Below, piece by piece: positions 58,815 to 64,000 of a stretch of DNA of 64,000 nucleotides. Position numbers and translations under genes: made by a program. The stretch lies in the NCBI GenBank assembly GCA_002317175.1, contig DCJA01000036.1, positions 99,242 to 163,241 of the forward strand. Reading direction: 5' to 3'. Position 1 is the first letter of the stretch. Each line of letters starts with the position of its first letter. The notes under the pieces were generated by a model that made no database searches, was not told the DNA's origin, and saw only the letters and a program-made list of their open reading frames with translations. The DNA is from Lachnospiraceae bacterium UBA1712 (lineage in GTDB: Bacteria; Bacillota; Clostridia; Lachnospirales; Lachnospiraceae).

Positions 58815-59731
58815 TAAAGATTATTATTATTTCTGGGCCTACTGCAGTTGGCAAAACTAATATTTCTGTAAATCTTGCAAAAAAGATTAATGGTGAGATT
58901 ATCAGTGCTGATTCCATGCAGGTGTATAAAGGCATGGATGTGGGTTCTGCAAAGGTGACAGAGAGCGAAATGCAGGGAGTTAAACACTATCTTATAGATG
59001 TGCTGGAGCCCTGGGAAAATTTTGATGTAACTGTTTTTCAGACCATGGCGACTAAGGCAATCGAAGAGATAGCTGCCAAAGGTAAGGTGCCAATTATTGT
59101 AGGTGGAACAGCCTTTTATATTCAGGCTCTTTTATATGGTATAGATTTTACTGAAGAGAATCATGATAATTCATACAGGGAAATGCTTGGCAGCCTCGGA
59201 GAGGATGAACTCTTTGATATGCTTAAAGAAGCTGATTATGAGTATGCTCAAAGTACTCATAAAAATAATAAAAAGAGAGTAATCAGGGCTTTGGAATATA
59301 TCCATTTTACTGGTAAGAAGTTCTCGGATTACAATAAAGAACAGGCAGGGAAAAATGCTATATATGATTATAGATATTTTGTTCTTGATGATAGCAGGGA
59401 ACTGGTTTATGCCAATATTGACAAAAGAGTAGATATTATGGTGAATAGTGGTCTGCTGGATGAGATAAAAGCGTTAAATGATATGAGTATTCCTTTGAAC
59501 TGCAACTCAAGACAGGGTATAGGCTACAAGGAAATGTATGCATATCTGGATGGTAAGTGCAGCTTTGATGAGGCAGTTGATGATATCAAGAAAAATACAA
59601 GACATTTTGCCAAAAGACAGCTTACCTGGCTGAGACGTGAGGACGATACCATTTTTATTAATAAAACTGAGTTTGGTCATGATGATAATAAAATAATTGA
59701 CTTTATGATCAGCAAATATATGGAGGAATAA
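58811..59731 (+). CDS. miaA: tRNA dimethylallyltransferase
   Basis: Motifs GPTAVGKT, SADSMQVY, VGGTAFY, IGYKE and TRHFAKRQLTW. Confidence 0.95.
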   Translation: MIKIIIISGPTAVGKTNISVNLAKKINGEIISADSMQVYKGMDVGSAKVTESEMQGVKHYLIDVLEPWENFDVTVFQTMATKAIEEIAAKGKVPIIVGGTAFYIQALLYGIDFTEENHDNSYREMLGSLGEDELFDMLKEADYEYAQSTHKNNKKRVIRALEYIHFTGKKFSDYNKEQAGKNAIYDYRYFVLDDSRELVYANIDKRVDIMVNSGLLDEIKALNDMSIPLNCNSRQGIGYKEMYAYLDGKCSFDEAVDDIKKNTRHFAKRQLTWLRREDDTIFINKTEFGHDDNKIIDFMISKYMEE

Positions 59732-60999
59732 TGTTAGCTTTATATAAAGAATTAGGAATATCCGACCAGGTGGTAGAACTGAGTAATCACGTTATTGATT
59801 CACTGAAGGATAGATTTGATGAAATTGATGCTAATGCTGAATACAATCAGCTTAAGGTTATTAAAGCTTTACAAAGCTGTAAGGCTTCTGAAGCCTGTCT
59901 GCTTGGAACGAGTGGCTATGGCTATAATGACATAGGGCGAGATACGCTTGAAGAGGTATATGCGAATATTTTTCACACAGAAGCGGCTCTGGTAAGACCG
60001 CAGATTACCTGTGGTACCCATGCACTTGCACTGGCGCTGATGAGCAATCTGAGACCGGGAGATGAATTGCTGAGTCCTGTTGGAAAGCCCTACGACACCC
60101 TTGAGGAAGTGATTGGCATCAGACCAAGCAAGGGATCTTTGGCAGAATATGGTATTAGCTACAGACAGGTGGATCTTTTAAAGGATTCTGCTTTTGATTA
60201 TGAAGGTATAAGGGCAGCTATTAATGATAAGACTAAGCTTGTAACTATTCAAAGATCCAAGGGTTATCAGACAAGAAAGACCTTTAGCGTAACTGAGATT
60301 GGTGAACTTATTGCTTTTGTTAAGTCTATTCGTCCGGATATTATCTGTATGGTTGATAACTGTTATGGTGAATTTGTGGAAAGAATAGAACCTTCAGATG
60401 TAGGCGCCGATATGGTTGTTGGAAGTTTGATCAAGAATCCTGGCGGTGGTCTTGCTCCGATAGGCGGATATATAGCTGGTAAAAAAGAGTGCATAGAAAA
60501 TGCGGCTTACAGACTTACTTCTCCGGGACTTGGCAAGGAGGTAGGAGCCAGTCTTGGAATACTGAAGGATTTTTATCAGGGAATCTTTCTTGCTCCAACG
60601 GTGGTTGCTTCTGCTTTGAAGACATCAATATTTGCGGCAAATCTGTATGAGAAAGCAGGTTTTGCGGTAGTGCCAAATGGAACTGAGTCCAGACATGATA
60701 TTATTCAGGCAATAACACTTACTTCTCCAGAGCGCGTATGTGCCTTTTGCGAGGGTATACAGGCTGCAGCTCCAATTGACAGCTTTGTTACTCCACAACC
60801 CTGGGATATGCCGGGATATGATGCGAAGGTTATTATGGCTGCAGGTGCATTTGTCTCAGGAAGCTCTATTGAATTGTCAGCGGATGGACCGATAAAGGAA
60901 CCGTATGCGGTTTATTTTCAGGGAGGACTTACCTGGCCACATGGTAAACTTGGAATTATGAAGTCTTATCAGTCTTTATTGGACAGAGGTCTATTGTAA
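59731..60999 (+). CDS. YnbB-like PLP enzyme (methionine gamma-lyase/aluminium-resistance family)
   Basis: Motifs GYGYNDIGRD, IQRSKGY, DNCYGEF, GSLIKNPGGG and GSSIELSADGP. Confidence 0.88.
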   Translation: MLALYKELGISDQVVELSNHVIDSLKDRFDEIDANAEYNQLKVIKALQSCKASEACLLGTSGYGYNDIGRDTLEEVYANIFHTEAALVRPQITCGTHALALALMSNLRPGDELLSPVGKPYDTLEEVIGIRPSKGSLAEYGISYRQVDLLKDSAFDYEGIRAAINDKTKLVTIQRSKGYQTRKTFSVTEIGELIAFVKSIRPDIICMVDNCYGEFVERIEPSDVGADMVVGSLIKNPGGGLAPIGGYIAGKKECIENAAYRLTSPGLGKEVGASLGILKDFYQGIFLAPTVVASALKTSIFAANLYEKAGFAVVPNGTESRHDIIQAITLTSPERVCAFCEGIQAAAPIDSFVTPQPWDMPGYDAKVIMAAGAFVSGSSIELSADGPIKEPYAVYFQGGLTWPHGKLGIMKSYQSLLDRGLL

Positions 61000-61160
61000 C
61001 TACTGGCATTATACGCTGATTAATTATGGTCATAATAAATCTATTAATTATTTTAGTAATAATTTATTAAGAATTTGATTTATGTACACATAAATGCAGA
61101 TATGTTAAAATTATATGATATAGCTTACGAATTTGTGCTTGAAGAGTTCGTAGAGGTTAT

Positions 61161-61829
61161 ATGAATCAGATTATTACACCATATGAAAAATATCAGTCTT
61201 TGGGACCGGAAAGTTTAACTGATGTTGAACTTTTATCCATTCTTATTAGAAATGGAACCAGTAAGAAAGATGCACTTGCAATTGCGGATGAACTGCTTGG
61301 CAAATATGACAGAGATGGTCGTATTATCGGATTATTTAATCTGACTGCAGATGAACTTATGGAATATGAAGGAATAGGCAGGGTGAAGGCTATGTGCATT
61401 GGAAGTCTGTTTGAACTGAGCAAAAGAATCAGCAAACAGAAAAAGCAGGAGGCATTATCATTAAGCAGTCCATCATCTATAGCTGATTATTATATGGAGC
61501 AGTTAAGACATCTTATGCAGGAGACAACTTATCTGCTTATTCTTGATGTCAAATGCAATATTTTGAAGGAAATAAAAATGACAAGTGGAACCATTAATTC
61601 TTCACTTGTCTCTGTTAGAGATATTTTTGTATACGCTTTATTGTACAAAGCGTCTGGAATAGTTCTGTTACATAATCACCCCAGTGGTGATTCAACACCG
61701 AGTAGAAGTGATATATCCCTCACTGCCAAGCTTAAAGAGGCGAGTGAGTTTATGGATATTCCATTGATTGATCATATAATTATCGGAGACATGAATTATT
61801 TCAGTTTTAAAAGTAAGGGATATATTTGA
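61161..61829 (+). CDS. radC: RadC family JAB-domain protein
   Basis: Motifs LTDVELL, GIGRVKA, HNHPSGD and DHIIIG. Confidence 0.93.
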   Translation: MNQIITPYEKYQSLGPESLTDVELLSILIRNGTSKKDALAIADELLGKYDRDGRIIGLFNLTADELMEYEGIGRVKAMCIGSLFELSKRISKQKKQEALSLSSPSSIADYYMEQLRHLMQETTYLLILDVKCNILKEIKMTSGTINSSLVSVRDIFVYALLYKASGIVLLHNHPSGDSTPSRSDISLTAKLKEASEFMDIPLIDHIIIGDMNYFSFKSKGYI

Positions 61830-61843
61830 AAGGAGCTATTCAA

Positions 61844-62854
61844 GTGGCTAGCAATAGTTTTGGTATTGATTTAGGAACAAGTAATATAAAGATATATAGT
61901 GAAGAAAGAAAGAGCATTTTTGTTGAAAGAAACATGATTGCTATTGAAAATAAAAGAAATCTGTTAGCTTATGGAGATTCTGCCTATGCTATGTATGAGA
62001 AGTCTCCGGCTAATATTGTTGCGTCGTATCCAGTAGTAAATGGAGTTATCGCTGATATTCAGAATATGGAGACTCTTGTAAAGTATTTTATTACTGATTT
62101 ATCAAGAGGAAGCATTAAACCCGCAGATTATTATGTTGCTGTTCCTACAGATGTAACTGAGGTTGAAAAGAAGGCGTTTTTTGATCTTATTGCAGATGCA
62201 GGTGTAAAGGCACGTAAAATAATGGTGGTTGAAAAAGCTGTTGCTGATGGTCTTGGAATGGGCGTTGATGTAAAAAACAGTCAGGGCATCATGGTGGTTA
62301 ATGTAGGTTTTGCTACAACAGAGATTTCGCTTTTATCTTTGGGCGGTATTGTACTTAGTAAACTGATAAAAGTAGGTGGATATAAATTTGGTGAGTCCAT
62401 TAGAAATATCATCAGGAAAGAATATGGACTTTTTATTGGTGAGAAGACTGCTGAAAAGACTATGATGCAGCTTAATGAATTATCAGCTACTGGCGAACCA
62501 GCTCTTGTTTTTGGTCGTGATATTGTATCGGGACTTCCAATTGAGAGACAGATTCCAACAAAGCTTATGGATGACTGCCTCCTGGAAAATTTTGCCATGA
62601 TCGTTGATAATGTCAAAGTTATTCTTGAGCGTACTCCACCTGAATTAGGTGCTGATATCAGAAGACAGGGTATCTTTTTAACAGGTGGTGCTTCTCAGGT
62701 TAGCAGACTTGCTCAGCTTATTGAAAGAGCAACAGATCTGAGAGTAAATATACCTGATGAACCAAGTACTACAGTTGCACTTGGTCTTGCAAAGGTAATT
62801 AAAGACAGTAAATTTAATTCTCTTGCATATGCGATTGAAGGAATGGGTAGATGA
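61844..62854 (+). CDS. mreB: MreB-family rod shape protein (divergent)
   Basis: Motifs GIDLGT, GVIAD, GRDIVSGLP, LERTPPEL and LTGG. Located between radC and mreC. GTG at 61844 follows AGGAG. Confidence 0.85.
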   Translation: MASNSFGIDLGTSNIKIYSEERKSIFVERNMIAIENKRNLLAYGDSAYAMYEKSPANIVASYPVVNGVIADIQNMETLVKYFITDLSRGSIKPADYYVAVPTDVTEVEKKAFFDLIADAGVKARKIMVVEKAVADGLGMGVDVKNSQGIMVVNVGFATTEISLLSLGGIVLSKLIKVGGYKFGESIRNIIRKEYGLFIGEKTAEKTMMQLNELSATGEPALVFGRDIVSGLPIERQIPTKLMDDCLLENFAMIVDNVKVILERTPPELGADIRRQGIFLTGGASQVSRLAQLIERATDLRVNIPDEPSTTVALGLAKVIKDSKFNSLAYAIEGMGR

Positions 62855-63717
62855 GTCCAGTAGTAAAAAGGAAACGTGAGAGGCATGCTCTTCCAACTAA
62901 ATATGTGCTGTTGATTCTGACACTTTTTTGTGTTGTTACAATGATTGTTTCTTTTTCTACAGACATTTTTACTAAACCGCTTAATAATATAAGCGGTTAT
63001 GTTGTTGTACCATTTCAAAAGGGTTTAACCAATGTGGGTTCATATATATTAAACAGAGCTGAGAATTTTAAAAATCTTCAGAATGTGCTTGAGGAAAATG
63101 AGGAACTAAAGGCTGAAGTAGAAAAACTCACCAAAGAAAACATTGAACTTGCACAGGATAAGTATGAATTAACAAAGCTTAGAGAATTATATGCTTTGGA
63201 TGATGAGTATGATGACCTGCAAAAGACTGGCGCAAGAATAGTTGCGCGTGATACAGGCAACTGGTATTCGAATTTTATCATTGACAAGGGTGCCAATGAT
63301 GGAATTGCTGTGGACTGTAATGTGGTTTCAGGTAATGGCCTTGTGGGAAGAGTTGTTTCTGTTGGACCTAATTTTTCCAAGGTTACATCTATTATTTCTG
63401 ATAACGTTAATACCAGTTCCATGATACTTGCTACAGGAGATAACCTGATAGTATCTGGAGACCTTGAACTTATGAATAAGAATCTTATCACTTTTAGCCA
63501 GTTATATGACGCCGAGGATAAGGTTTCAATTGGTGATAAAATTGTTACCAGTAATATTAGTGACAAATACCTTCCAGGTCTTCTGGTTGGATATGTTTCC
63601 TATATTAGTACGGATTCCAATAATCTGACTAAGTCCGGAACTCTTGTTCCAGCTGTGGACTTTAGACATTTGGAGGAAGTACTGGTTATTCTGGATCTGA
63701 AAGAAACGGCTGACTGA
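62851..63717 (+). CDS. mreC: Rod shape-determining protein MreC
   Basis: TM, coiled coil, and motifs IDKGANDG, GLVGRV, GDKIVTS and PAVDFRHLEEV. Confidence 0.93.
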   Translation: MSPVVKRKRERHALPTKYVLLILTLFCVVTMIVSFSTDIFTKPLNNISGYVVVPFQKGLTNVGSYILNRAENFKNLQNVLEENEELKAEVEKLTKENIELAQDKYELTKLRELYALDDEYDDLQKTGARIVARDTGNWYSNFIIDKGANDGIAVDCNVVSGNGLVGRVVSVGPNFSKVTSIISDNVNTSSMILATGDNLIVSGDLELMNKNLITFSQLYDAEDKVSIGDKIVTSNISDKYLPGLLVGYVSYISTDSNNLTKSGTLVPAVDFRHLEEVLVILDLKETAD

Positions 63718-63718
63718 T

Positions 63719-64000
63719 ATGAAAAAGAATATTATTTCAATACTTTTTATCTCTATATGTTTCTTGCTTCAGTCTACTTTGCTGAGCCAGTTTACGCTTG
63801 GTGGAATCGTACCCAATCTGATGATTGTTATTCTGGCTACAATTGGTTTTTTACTGGGTAATCGTTCGGGAATGTGGATTGGTTTTGCATTTGGACTTAT
63901 TACTGATATTTTCTTTGGCCAGATTATTGGTTTATACGCAATATTATATATGTTTGTCGGATATGCCAATGGTGTATTTGAGAAGATTTTATTCCCACAT
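63719..64000 (+). CDS. mreD: Rod shape-determining protein MreD (3' end outside window)
   Basis: Translated by hand: MKKNIISILFISICFLLQSTLL...IVPNLM...GFAFGLITDIFFG. Hydrophobic and directly follows mreC. Not in the ORF track. Confidence 0.88.
   Translation, partial: MKKNIISILFISICFLLQSTLLSQFTLGGIVPNLMIVILATIGFLLGNRSGMWIGFAFGLITDIFFGQIIGLYAILYMFVGYANGVFEKILFPH

Noticed and set aside
61126-61156. Small hairpin next to the radC RBS
   Set aside because: A weak stem relying on G-U pairs that does not clearly cover the RBS; insufficient evidence.
61161-61829. RadC/JAB gene as a marker of a mobile or defence element
   Set aside because: It is the full-length form in the usual radC-mreBCD context, with no mobility genes nearby.
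1-64000. Strong + strand gene bias
   Set aside because: This is normal leading-strand bias for Firmicutes.

Overview
A low-GC chromosomal segment from an anaerobic Firmicute, most consistent with Lachnospiraceae by gene content and order. About 45 genes are present and all but one (an ABC-F ATPase) lie on the + strand. Most of the window is housekeeping: an EF-G paralog, an MraY-like gene, leuS, Re-citrate synthase/gntR/icd, rex, alr, yebC, metY, ftsK, fhs, nfnAB, phoH-ybeY, proB/proA, miaB-mutS-mutL-miaA and radC-mreBCD. I see no rRNA, tRNA, CRISPR array, prophage or transposase. The most notable region is 4.9-17.9 kb: a Gld-type ABC module, a DUF4340-like gene and an N-terminally extended class B sortase, followed by two large BspA-type LRR surface proteins. 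Each LRR protein has a GPS/ZU5-like candidate autoproteolysis motif (HF|S, HL|S) 20-30 aa before its (T/S)PxTG sorting signal, suggesting a self-cleaving, releasable adhesin system. Other oddities are a LeuRS with non-canonical HAGH/KMGKR motifs, a perfect 32-bp palindrome on the citrate synthase promoter, a ~240-nt rod-like inverted repeat after icd, a giant acidic-tailed membrane protein and a degenerate MreB. All family calls come from motif recognition by eye; no database searches were run.
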